Assembly: GCA_017654855.1 (NCBI GenBank)
Contig: CM030333.1
Location: 1,302,001-1,366,000, forward strand
Source: Podospora anserina
Taxonomy: Eukaryota
Direction: 5' to 3'
DNA: 64,000 nucleotides
Shown: piece after piece, positions 49,830 through 61,792 of the stretch
How the letters are laid out: every line of letters begins with the position of its first letter
Numbering within the stretch: the first letter of the stretch is position 1
Notes under the pieces: generated by a model
Database searches by the model: none
Told to the model about the DNA's origin: nothing
Seen by the model: the letters and a program-made list of their open reading frames with translations, nothing else
Position numbers and translations under genes: made by a program

Positions 49830-51154
49830 CTACTCGAGTACATTCAACTTCCTCCTCACCGGGTTAAAGTCGGTATTAAACTGGTACTTTCCATCCCCAA
49901 CCATCTTCTCCTCTCTGCTCACGGCCTCCAAGTTGATATCCGTCGCCATCGCGTTCAGGAAATTGCAGATTGGCTTGGGATGCCACCTCCCGCCACCAAT
50001 TTCGAACCAAGACAGATGCCCGCCAAGAGACGTCGTGCAGAGAACTGTGTAAGGGTTCACGGCGAACTCCTGGTAGGGAATGGCTTCCTTGACGGCAATT
50101 GGGTCATCAAGGGCGGAGATGGCCAGGAAGGGGATGCGGATGGCGAGGATGGCGTCGCAGGAGGAAGCGTCACGGTAGTAGGCGTTTTCGGTAGGGTAAC
50201 CCCATGTGACGGTCTGGACTGCGCGGTCAAACTCGTGGAGGTAGGTGACGTTTTGGACGCGGTCGTAGTCGACGTTGGTGTATTTGAGGATTTGCTCCTT
50301 GTGTTGTTCAAAGAGTTTTTTGAGGTTGTCTGGAGTAGTGTTAGGCACTGCGTGTGGAAGAAAAGGGTTAGGAATAACTTACTGCCCATGATCTTGGAGT
50401 AGACCTCCTTCCCCAACCATGTCCTCTGAAGCCCCTTGTTTGACACCTCCAAGTCGAAAGGGTTGCTCACGGCAATGGCCGCCTTCAATGGGCAGTTTGC
50501 ACCCTCCTCGCCAACGTAATTGGTCATGATATTGGCACCAAGCGAGAAACCCACCCCAAACAGAGGTCTGTTGGGAAACATCTTCCTCGCCCACTTGACA
50601 AACTGCCTCACATCCCACGTCGCCCTCGCATTGAACAACACCCCCGTCGTCACCTTGCTGTTCGCGCAACCTCTCGCATTAACCACACAAACCTCCCACT
50701 CGCCCCCATCCATCACCAAGGGAGCAATAGCATGTCGGAGATAAATCTCATGAGACCCCCCCGAAAGCCCATGCAGCGCTATCAGCATAGGCTTGCTGTC
50801 ATCAGACCCAATACCAGCAAACTCTTCCTCCGAGTAAAACGCCGTTCTCGGCGGGAGCTCCTCGTCAAAGTCCTTGTGTTGAGGAACAACAAAGTCGACA
50901 GCAAAAGTGCCGGCGTAGGTCTTGTGGTCGGCGTCAAAGATCTTTCTCTTGTAGTAGATTTGCGGGCCGTGCTCCTTGACGGCTGTGTACATGGTTTGGA
51001 AATGGCCGTTGAAAAGAAGGGGGTTCATCTGACATTTTGGCACGGCGGCCTCGACGACCTTGAGGAGGTCGGTTTGAGAGCCATCTTTCCTGGTTAAGGG
51101 CAGGGGGGTGGCCGCGTGGGCAAAGTCGATTTTGGCGCGGCCGAACCAGTCCAT
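49830..51154 (-). CDS. AB-hydrolase of the EHT1/EEB1/YMR210W type (acyltransferase/esterase). Exons 51154-50383, 50329-49830
   Basis: LFNGHFQT, LHGLSGGSHEIY, nucleophile motif GFSLGA, SALDDPI, GGHLSWFE. Intron 50330-50382 is GTAAGT..CTAAC..CAG. Confidence 0.92.
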
Positions 51155-52890
51155 AGCTGCGAGGTGCCGTCCGCGACGAGATAGGGCTGTGCGGAGGAGG
51201 GACAGTGTGTCGGAGAGACTGGACTTGAGGGGTGAGTGAGCGGGAAGGGCAAAGATGGGTGGATATGAAAAGGTGTGAAGTCCTGGGAGTTCACAGACAT
51301 AAAAAAGGGACCAGGAGAAGCCAAGACAGCGGGATGGAACCTGGTTGATTTTAGATTGGTGGAGTTCAAGCTCGGAATGGGTTTTCAAAGAGAAACCCGT
51401 ATTTCGATTTCTATTTTCTATGGAAAGTCCATGGTGGAACAAGGAACAGGCAATCGGGTATATAAAGTCCAATCAATCGAGGCAACATGCAAGTCTTGAT
51501 TCTGGTCGAGGTCGTTGTCCTGGTCTTGGAAGCTGCAAGTGCCGAGGCACGTTGTGGGGCAACCGTCACTGGTCTCTCAGCCTCGGTGCCAAGATTCAAC
51601 GTCTCGATATCATATCGATAAGAGTGGTGGAGACCAATGTCGACCGCTTCTGGCCCGACGGTAAAAATATGAGTCTCTTTCTGGTATACATCATGTCAGT
51701 CTCTCGCCCCCGCGCAGAAATTGAGTGCTTACACAGGTAGAATGCCCAATATCTAAAGCGCGGGGACTATCCAACATCAGCAGAACACTGCATATTCTGT
51801 ACAAAAGCTCCTGCCCAATGGATGGCCAGACCGTCTGAAGTTTAGTGGGCCTGCCGGGCTGTCCCGCCATCCAAACGGCGGGGCATTTCGAACTTCAGAT
51901 CTGTCAGAGAGACCGCTGGGACACTGATTGTATTTAGTAGGAACACCTCTTTGGGCAGGTCCAAGATCTCACTTTCCATATAAATTGAACCAGGACCCAA
52001 CCCTTGGGTTCAAGAACCCTGATGAACAAGCCACCATTTTGATTCGTCAACCCCAAACACACCAGAAAACCCACCCAGCAGCTACCCCGCCAAAAAACTA
52101 GCAACAACTAACAGCCCAAACAGTGCTGACTGCCCATAGCTCCTGTGTTCTACAAACCCATCGGAACAACAGCAGCAGCAGTAGCAAGCAGCCTTGCAGG
52201 AAGAGAGGGGTATCTATTTTATCTCGGTATCTTTTCATTTCTTTGCCCGTCGCTTCCAGGCTGAACATCAGCTGGAAACCTGGGGTAGGCACACCCTCTG
52301 TCGACCATCATTGGCCTTCTCCCCTTGACGAGGTGGCTAGGCAGCAGACGCCTTATACACCGGTATGTATGTCAGACTCGAGCGCAGTAGCTCAACGCCC
52401 CCCTCCTCACCCAGCCACCAATATCGTCTTGTCTTTTCTTTGACTGGTGCCGTCTTCTTGGACATGTGTGATAGCTATCCATATCAGCAGCTGGTAGCGT
52501 TACCTTGCGCATTCCTCTTGCCCTCTTGGTTTCTCAGCTGTCCCCTTGCTTCTTTCTAGGCTGGCCACACCACCAGTATCAAGATGCCAGCCTGGTATCG
52601 GCTATTTGGGTGGCTCTCCTATGGACTAGGAGCTCTTCATATCACCGCGGGCCTATCAGAAGCGACGATTTGCTATGACCATGAGTATGCTCCGGTCTAA
52701 CACACTACCTACTTTGCGAAGACGATATACCCGTTGGCCTTCCCATATTGTGCCCTAGTCTTGAAGATCACCGTGTCCCTATTTCCTACATTCATTTGGA
52801 CTTTTCACATCCTCTTTTTACGACTGGGGCTCTCGCTGACATGATGCTAGCTCCATACCAACTTCCATAACCATCATCAACACAGCCAAT

Positions 52891-55800
52891 ATGTCGACCG
52901 AGGCTCAAAAACCACGGTTCCGCAAGGTCCAAAGCTTTCAGTCCGACTATGCCCCAACTGGCATCACCCAGTACGTCTCTGAGCGAAGTGGCATGCAGGT
53001 TATTGTGGCCGACCGCAAGGGCCCCAAGGTCAACGGCTACTTCACACTAGCCACCGAGATCTTTGACGACTCTGGTGCGCCTCACACATTGGAACATTTG
53101 GTCTTTATGGGCTCCAAGAGCTACAAGTACAAGGGCCTGCTCGACAAGCTGGCCGGCAGAGCCTACTCCAACACCAATGCCTGGACTGCCGTCGACCACA
53201 CCGCTTACACCCTTGAAACTGCCGGGTGGGATGGCTTTGCTCAGATCCTCCCTGTCTACCTCGAGCATGTCATTCTCCCTAACATCACGGATGATGCCTG
53301 TGTGACCGAGGTTCATCACATTGACGGCGAGGGCAACGATGCCGGTGTCGTGTACTCTGAGATGCAAGCTCTTCAGTACAGCAGCTCTGAGCTGATGGAT
53401 CTTCAGGCTCGCCGGTTGCTGTATCCTGAAAATATTGGTTTCAGATACGAGACTGGCGGTATGATGGAGGCGCTTCGGGTCTTGACTCCCAACAGAATTC
53501 GTGAATTCCACAAGGCCATGTACCAGCCCCAGAATCTGGCTGTCATCATCACTGGTGAGGCTGACCACGAGGACCTACTGAAGATCTTGGACACGTTTGA
53601 GGAGAGCATCAAAGATGATATCCCACCACCAAACCCCAGCTTCAAGCGCCCATTCGTTGACTCTCCCCAACCACCTCCTCTCGAAAAGACCATTGTCCAG
53701 ACGGTCGAGTTTCCCGAGGAAGACGAGTCCACCGGCGAAATCCTTGTGGCTTTCTTCGGACCCAGCTGCATTGACCAGATCGAGGGCACAGCGGTTAACA
53801 TCTTGATGACCTACCTCTGCGGCTCGTCGGTCTCCATCATCGAAAACACCATCGTGGAGAGAGAGCAACTGGCTAGTTCGGTTTCGTACTGGTGGGACTC
53901 GAGACCAAACTCCGTCATCTGGTTCCAGCCAACTGGTGTTGCCACTGAGAAGCTTGCCTTTGTCGAGCAGCGCCTGGTTGACCTTCTTAAGGAAGTCGCC
54001 TCGAAGCCTCTTGATATGAACTATATCAACGAATGCCTCCAGCGTGAGAAGCGCCAAGTGAAGCTCCAGGCGGAATCCTCCGAGCAGTTCTATGCCAGCA
54101 ACATTATTACGGATTATTTGTTTGGCAAGCGGGACGGCTCTACCCTGAGAGACCTGGAGACCCTGAAGGAGTATGATGTGCTCGAGAAGTGGACTGATGA
54201 GCAGTGGCGTGCCTTTTTGAAGAAGTGGATCTCTGACGCCCATCACGTCTCTATTCTCGGAAAGCCATCGCATGAGCTGGCCAAGAAGCTCAAGGCTGGC
54301 GAAGAGGAGCGCATCGCCAAGAGGAAGGAGGAGCTCGGAAAGGAGGGTCTCGAGGCTCTCAAGAACAAGCTCGAGACTGCCAAGCAGAACAACGAGAAGC
54401 CAATTCCTCCTGAGGTGTTGGATCAGTGGCCAGTTCCTGGCACCGAGTCAATTCACTTTATTGAGTCTTTGACCGCGAGATCAGGAAAGGCTCGTGCCCT
54501 TGGTGCTTCGGACAACAAGGCGCAGAAGATCATCGATGCAGCTCCTCAAGGAAAGCCCCTTTTTGTGCAGTTTGAGGATGTTCCGTCCAACTTTGTGCAC
54601 TTGACGCTTCATGTCGGCCTCTCTGAGACAGCAGTCAAGTACAAGCCTCTTCTTTCCCTCTTCACCGACAACTTCTTCAACTCCCCCGTCATCCGGGATG
54701 GCAAGCGTCTCGAATTCGAGGAAGTCGTCAAGCAGCTTGAAAAGGACACAATCAGCTACCACATCAGCTCGGCCAGCAGACTAAGCGATTACGAGGGTCT
54801 GGCTATCCAGTTCCAGGTAGACCCGGAAAAGTACACCACCATCATCGACTGGCTGCGCACGCTCATGTTCGACATTGTCTTTGACCCTGTCCGCATCAAG
54901 GCTGCCATCGTGAAAGCCCTTGCCGACATCCCCGAGCTCAAGCGCGATGGCCGGACCATGGCTCAGGAAGTCGACATGGCCATCCACTTCCGTCCCGAGG
55001 CTTACCTGTCTGCGAAGCGCACCCTCGTCAAGGCGGTCTACCTCCGTCGCCTCAAGAAGCTTCTCGAGAAAGAGCCCGAGACCGTCCTCGGGTGGTTCGA
55101 GGAACTCCGCAAGTCTCTCTTTTCGTTCCAAAACCTCCGCGTGCTAGTCACCGCCGACGTGGCCAAACTCTCCAACCCAGTCGCAGCCTGGGACGCACTC
55201 ACCTCCCACCCCGACCTCAACCCAACCAAGGACGTCCTCCCCATCGTCAAACTCTCGGCAATGCTCAACGAAGAAGGGCAATCCCCTGGTTCGGTAGGAT
55301 CAGTCATCATCCCCATGACAACCCTCGACAGCTCTTACTCCGTCTCCACCGCCACCGGCCTGTCTTCCTACTCCTCCCCCCTCCTCCCGGCCTTCCTCGT
55401 CGCCCAAGCCTACCTCGAAGCGGTCGAGGGCCCGCTCTGGAACGCCGTCCGAGGCAACGGTCTTGCCTACGGGGTTTCATTTTCGAGGGAGATAGACGGT
55501 GGATACCTCCAGTTCAAGGTTTACCGCTCCCCCGACGCCTCCAAGGCCATTGAAGCCTCCCGCGCGACGGTTGCGAAGTTGGCCTCGGGCGAGGAGCCGC
55601 TGGATAGGCACTTGATCGAGGGTGCGGTCAGCTCGATTGTGTTTGGCGTGGCGGACGAGCAGTCTACTATGACGGCGGCGGCGCAGCAGAATTACATGAT
55701 TTCTGTCGTTCGCGGGTTGGAGCAGGGGTGGAACAAGAAGATTCTGGCTAGGGTGAGGGAGGTGACGGAGGAGGAGATTAGGGAGGTGATGAGGGAGGTG

Positions 55801-56117
55801 ATCTTGCCGGTTTTTGAGCCGGGAAGGAGCAATGTTGTTGTTACTTGTGCGCCGATCATGGAGGAGGTGAGTTTGCCCCTTGCCCCTGTCTACCTACCAA
55901 TGGGATATGATTGCTGATGAAAATGTTGTAGAATATCGTCAAGACGCTGGGTGAGAGGGGTTACAAGACCCAGGTTCAGACGCTTGCTCACTTTTATGAT
56001 GACTATGGTCTCAAGGCTGATGAGGAGGATGGTGAGGATGAGGAAGAGGAGGATGAAGATGAGGATATGAGCGCTGGGTCGTATGAGTCTGGTTTGGAGG
56101 AGGAGGATGATCTCTAG
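52891..56117 (+). CDS. M16C zinc metalloprotease (YOL098C/SDD3-like). Exons 52891-55866, 55932-56117; possible extra 5' exon 52584-52684
   Basis: SGAPHTLEHLVFMGS (HXXEH), TNAWT, GVVYSEMQ, WNAVRGNGLAYG. Intron 55867-55931 is GTGAGT..GCTGAT..TAG. Acidic tail. Confidence 0.9.
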
Positions 56118-56429
56118 AGGGAGTGTTCTTACTAGACCGCACAAGAAACAAGTTCAGGTAGAAAAAGAGGGGGGGGGGGGAGGGGGGTTATGAATACATC
56201 AATACTTTTCTTTCTTGTTGACAATGCTAGTTTTTTTCTGTCTCTGCACAAAAGTAAACTCAGTGCCCACTTCTAACAGGCAGGTAATGATAATCCCTAA
56301 CCGATTACTGACCAAACCCAGCTGTGAAAACAAAAATCCCAAACGCCAATGCTATGCATATTTTTATGCCTCTGACACCCAATACCAAGGGCCAACAACA
56401 AAAAACCACCCCTTCTTCTTCTCGTCTAT

Positions 56430-58208
56430 TCAACCCCTCAAAACCCGTCTCGACATCCCCATCAAAGCCTCCACCGCCCTCTTCGCCGCCTGCTGCTGCT
56501 GAGCAGTCTCCTGATCCCTCGTAATAGTCAAATTCCCCAACTCGCACCAGTTATTCACAGGCTATAATCTCCAGTCAGCATCTTCTCCCCATCATCCCCC
56601 CCCAAAACCGAGGAAGACTTACCAAACAACTCAAATACTTACACCACCCACAAACCTTGTGATGAATATAAAAATTATTCAACAACAACACAAACACCAC
56701 CAGCACCAAAATCAGCGCCCCCACCCGAATCAACCACCACCCCCACCAAAGCGGCTTCCTCCCCTTGAAAAAGCCCACGGGATTCTTAAAAAACGGTGGC
56801 ACCGTCCCCTCCTTCAAAAACCCAGACGAAACTTGACTGTTGGCATAGGGAACCTCCGACTCCCCAATCCTCCTCCTCAACGAGTTGGGCGAGTGAAGGA
56901 TACAAATCCCCAGCGCCAACCCCATCAAAAACCCGCCAATGTGACTGAAGTTGTCCAGACCGGGCAAGAGACCCAGGACAAAAGAGATGATGATGTCGAT
57001 AAAGAGGTACATCAGGTCCTTTGTGGGATTCACCCTGTCTTTCCAGCTGTACAACAGGTCCAAAAAGGTGAGTGCGATAATCCCGAATAATGAACCTGAT
57101 GCGCCCGTGCTGGCGATGCCAGTCGCGGCAAAGTTACCCCCCATGACGAAACCAAAGATGCCGGCCGACATGTACACTATAAAGAACCGGATCGAGCCAA
57201 TGTGTTTCTCCATGTCCCTTCCGAGTGTGAGTTGAAGCAGCATGTTGAAGCCGATATGGATCAGACCGGCGTGCAAAAAGATGGGGACGATGAATCTGAA
57301 CCATTGGTTCGGTTCCGGCGGTTGGCCCGGCTGCTGGACACCGCCGAAGCCGCAGAGCTCCGAGAGGGTGCATGTGTTCTCGTTGGTGGTCGACCAGGGG
57401 CAGGGCCACGAGACGGGTCCTTCGGCTTCTTGGATGGCCTTGACGTTGTGCATGCAGGGGACGAAGCGGGCGCCCATGTTGATGAGGATGTAGGGGGAGG
57501 GACCGATCATGGGGTTGAATTGGGGTTTTATCATGATTGGGGAGCCGGTCGAGGTGCCTGATGAGGGGTGCGGGGAGGTTAACAATGTTGATGAGAAGGG
57601 GGAGGGAGATTAAAAAAAGGCGGCATACCATTCTTGACCAATTCACCGATAAAAACTGCAACTTGAACAATAGTAAAAAAATACACCACAAACGGTATCT
57701 TCTTCTTTCCCGACCCCAGCATGCCCAACTCCCCCAACCTCACCCGCCCTTTGCTTGGTGGTTTGTTCGGCGGCTGGTGGTGCTGCGACGACGAAGTATC
57801 ATAGACGTGATCCTGCATCTCGATGTGTTGTCTCGAAGGGTGCTTCTGCATGTTGTCCTGCAGCGGGATGTCATCTGGGGCATGATTGTAAGCAGGCATT
57901 TCATCAGAGGGCACCCGCGAGAGGGGGCGGTAGCTCGTGTCTTGCTGACTTAGGCGGCGCGCTTGGTGGCTAGAGGATGGTGCTGCCGGATAGACATGAT
58001 CGTCGAAGACGGTTTCGAAAGGTGAAGGAGACACACCTTGCGCCGCCGGCGGCCGGTCCTTCCCAGGTCCAACGAGATTGTGGTGGGAGCTGTAGGCCGG
58101 GGCGGGCGCCGAGTAAGCAGAGGGGGATTCTGTTCGGTATTGGTCGTTGCCGCCGTAGTACTGATTGTCAGCTCGGGACGTCTGACTGTAGTATTCGTTG
58201 GAAGCCAT
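56430..58208 (-). CDS. Rhomboid-family intramembrane serine protease. Exons 58208-57629, 57557-56623, 56561-56430
   Basis: QWFRFIVPIFLHAGLIHIGFN, catalytic GASG and HIGG. Introns 57558-57628 and 56562-56622 are canonical and in frame. Confidence 0.93.
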
Positions 58209-60066
58209 GACGGGCTAATTCTTTTGGGGGCTGGCTCCCGAGCGTAATAAACAGCGGCAGGAGAGCCTGCAGGTGGTGGTCGCAAAAGAGGGTTCGTAAT
58301 GATCGGGAGGAGGTGGTTTCGTGTAAACGAGGGGTTTTGTTGTTGCAAAAGGAACAATACAAATGAGCGACGGGTGGTTACAGCGAGCGAACCCAGGCCC
58401 GGTTTGTTCGTTGGTTTGTTATTTTTTTTTGGTGGTTTTGGATGTTCGATTGACAGGAGGAGGAATTGGGAATCTGGCGATTGACAGGCGGATCCCCTTC
58501 TGTTGTGTTTCGGCACAGCGGGAGCAGGGATCTCCGAGTGTCTGGGGTTTGGGGATCAAGAGGGGAAATTGCGTCGCAATATGTTCCCCAAATGTTCCCA
58601 CTTTCTAGCGTGCCCACCTCTAGATTTCTTCCACCTTGATGATGATATCCAAGTGGCCTAGGTAAAATGCCTAACCGGTCGTCTCACTGCTGCAGCTGCC
58701 GAGAAGGTCGAGTGAAGTTTAAATGTTGATATGGCCGTGGTGACAATGGTGCATGTCATTGACATGTGGTACGCATGGAATGAATCAATGATGAAGAGAT
58801 GGGACCTGGAATGCGCAGATGCTAAGAAGGGAGAAGAAGAAAATAAATCGTTCCTTAAGAAAGTAAACCAGGTTTCCAGTTTTATCAGGCGATCAGGCGC
58901 CGTCACGAAGACCTTGTGTGATCAAATCAGTGGGCTCAGCTTCAAGCTTTAAACGACGCGGCCACACACGCTGACGTCTCCCCCCGCCAAGGTCTCCAAC
59001 CAGCCGGCGCGGCAGTGGGACAGTAGGGTCCGGAGATCAGTGGAGCAGACGGCGGCTGTGCTCAATGCTTCTTGAACCTTTGCGCGTGTTCACCAGTCCA
59101 TTTATTCGTATTTTTCTGCTTGGGATACTGGAGGCCGCCACACTTGATACTCAGACTCTTGACATCCGATCATTGGGACTCGTTCTGTTTTTGGAAACAT
59201 GGCCATACCTCAGCATCTTGCCGCCCAAAGATCGGATGGTCCAGGGCAACCTGTGTCCCCGTGGGGTTTCATCCTAAGCTTTTATGACGAAAACTGCCGG
59301 GTTCTGGCAAACGACTGTGCTGATCCCCCTTTCAGACAGATTCCCGTGCCTTACCTGGTCATCCAGACTGGCTTGCCAAGACCCGTTCATCCAAACTAAA
59401 ATCTGGACTCGAATCAAGAACTGTCTTGCGAAGAGACAGCGAACCTCTCCAAAGGATCTTCTTCAGCCGCAGAGGTGACGTATTTCGGAGCACCAGCCTC
59501 GTGCTCCCCCAAAGCCTCGAAGACAAGCCCACTTGCCATTACCCCGGGACAAAGTCCGAACCCTGATGAGGAGAAGGGAGAACCAAGCTTTCGGGGCCCA
59601 TCTTCATTACCTTAATCGGTGCCGACGGCGCAGTTGCCATTTGATGGACACTTCTCCTGGCACCCTTTTACAAATGAGGGCCGTGATGAACAAGCCAACA
59701 TGTGTTTCGGAGAGCTAGGCATCTCTAGGAATTAGTTCTCTAGTCATAAAGCTCTGTCTAGTCCAAGAAACTGATGCCTTTGGTTGGTGGTTCCTTGCTC
59801 TGAGCAAGGTTGATGGATGCCAAGCATGCCGATAAGATAAGGTTTGGACCCACATGTGTTTCTAGAGTGTTCGCAACCGCGATGCGACAGGATGCGCCTG
59901 CCTCCAATTGACTCTGAAAAGAAAGCTCCTTCCTTCAAGAAACACAACCAATTGGCCGCGAGACTTTCTTCGGCCGTACCCTTGACCTTCACCTCAACTT
60001 TTAGTCATCAGAAAACAGCTGTAATCTCTTTCCATCAACAGCAACCTCGCCTTTGAAACCTTCACC

Positions 60067-60207
60067 ATGTCGAAGAGCAAGATCGCCAACAACAGGGCCA
60101 GGGCCAAGGCGGAGAAGGAGGCTAAGAAGTAGGCTAAGAATAGTGCGAGGAAGCTGAGGAGGGAGGCTGCTGCTGCTGCGGCGGCGGCTGGAGGGGAGAA
60201 GAAGTAG
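60067..60207 (+). CDS. Small basic K/R/A-rich ORF: 21 aa, or 46 aa if the internal TAG at 60130-60132 is decoded
   Basis: Optimal TTCACCATGTCG start after a C/T/A-rich leader. Frequent codons (AAG, GAG, GCT, GCC) on both sides of the TAG. Confidence 0.5.
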
Positions 60208-60581
60208 AGGGTAGTGGGAGTTTGGAATGTGGTATCATTTGCCGTGAGACAATCGGCAGTCGTTTCGAGGCACAATGGGAATCAGCAGCTATGATTAATA
60301 CTCGATGGTATTATGGGACATGTTTCTAGCTGTTAGTGTCAACAAAGCAAGCACCCTTTAAGCAGAATGAAAAGAGGTGCCAAACATGAATACAAATTTT
60401 GTGGTAGTCTCGAGTCATTATGTTGAATGTGATATATATATACAAGGATCTTTTCAACGCCAATCAAAGAGCAGATCCCGCCAAAAAGCCAAGAACCCTT
60501 CCTACTCATACAATGGTTTTACAGCCCTGTCATCATCCCCTTGCAAGCCCCTCGTTCTGACTCAGATTACTATGATACCAC

Positions 60582-61241
60582 TTAATCGTTCTTCTTCTCC
60601 TCCGGTTTCTCCTTTTTCTCATCGTCCTTCTTTCCTCCCCACCCAAAAACCTCATAGATCTGCTCCATAATCAAATCCCCATACCCCTTCCCTTCTTCCA
60701 GCGCTTTTTTTTCTTCTTCCATTCTTCTCTCTTGCCACCCGTCCTTTTCACCCCCCATCCATATCTTGGTGATGACACCCTTTTTCTCCTCCTCCTCTTT
60801 TGCCTCTGTTGGCGGCTTACCCTCAGCTAACCTCCTCCGCTCCCTCTCCTCCTTGATTAGCTGCTTTGTCCGCTGGGCTTGTTCGGGAAGGGGGTTGAAG
60901 ATTGAGTTTGATGATTGGGAAGAGGAGGAGGAGGAAAAGAGGGAGTCGAGACGGTCGTTGGTGCGCTTGTAGATTGACTTGCCGGTGTAGTCGTGGGCGA
61001 GCCCGGAAAAGGAGAGGTAGGTGGCTGAGTAGAAGAGGGCTTTTTGCCAGACCGGGGGCGGGGGGTGGGTGAGGGGGGAGGAGAGGGAGAGTTTGGTTTG
61101 TCGGCGGAGGATGAGGAGGGCGGCGATGGAGGAGAAGGCGGCAAGGAGTTGGAGGTGGTGTTGGAGGGGGGGGGTGCCGTGGTATTTGGGGGAGGGGGTG
61201 AGGAGACCTCCTTGGGGAGGGGTGGGGTCGGAGGAGGCCAT
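60582..61241 (-). CDS. Hypothetical membrane protein
   Basis: CTCACCATGG start, two hydrophobic segments, C-terminal block KIWMGGEKDGWQERRMEEEKKALEEGKGYGDLIMEQIYEVF. Confidence 0.75.
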   Translation of the reverse strand: MASSDPTPPQGGLLTPSPKYHGTPPLQHHLQLLAAFSSIAALLILRRQTKLSLSSPLTHPPPPVWQKALFYSATYLSFSGLAHDYTGKSIYKRTNDRLDSLFSSSSSSQSSNSIFNPLPEQAQRTKQLIKEERERRRLAEGKPPTEAKEEEEKKGVITKIWMGGEKDGWQERRMEEEKKALEEGKGYGDLIMEQIYEVFGWGGKKDDEKKEKPEEKKND

Positions 61242-61792
61242 GGTGAGTGGTGGGAAGTAGAAATCTGTGGTGTGGGTTGTTTTGAGGGGCTGGAATAGAG
61301 AGTTGAGGTGTGTGGTGGTGATGCTGGTAGCTAATAGTCGCAAGGATGTGGGATGTCAATTCAAGTTGCGCCTTATCGATAAGAGCTGCGATAAGATTGA
61401 TTTTAGCAGCGTTTTCTTCTAGAACAAAGCGGCGGCCACCAACCGAATCACCGGATGCTCACATCCTTGCGCCGCGTCTTGTCAGTTGCTGGGTGCCAAG
61501 AGAAAGTGAAGTGACAAGGCTCAGCCTCCTCCAACCTTGAATTTCTGCCTTTTGATCAACCTGCCTCTTCCCACCAGGCGACAGACTTTCGCGCACCTCA
61601 CTCCCACTCTCGCTCTCTCTCCATCCTGCAACCCGCCGCGACACACATTACACCCGACAAGTCTCTCGTTTGTGTGGGCATTTCCTACTTCTCTCATCTG
61701 CGCCAGCCAACCCGCTTTCCTTTACTGCGACACCGGCCTCTTCTCTCACCACAACCAACACCTAGCCAACTTCCCCTTCACCACCGCCCAAA

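Noticed and set aside
31900..49830. Cryptic PTS1 by stop readthrough in PRS, ODC, CYM1 or the AB-hydrolase
   Set aside because: None has a TGA-CTA context, and none of the extensions ends in an SKL-like tripeptide.
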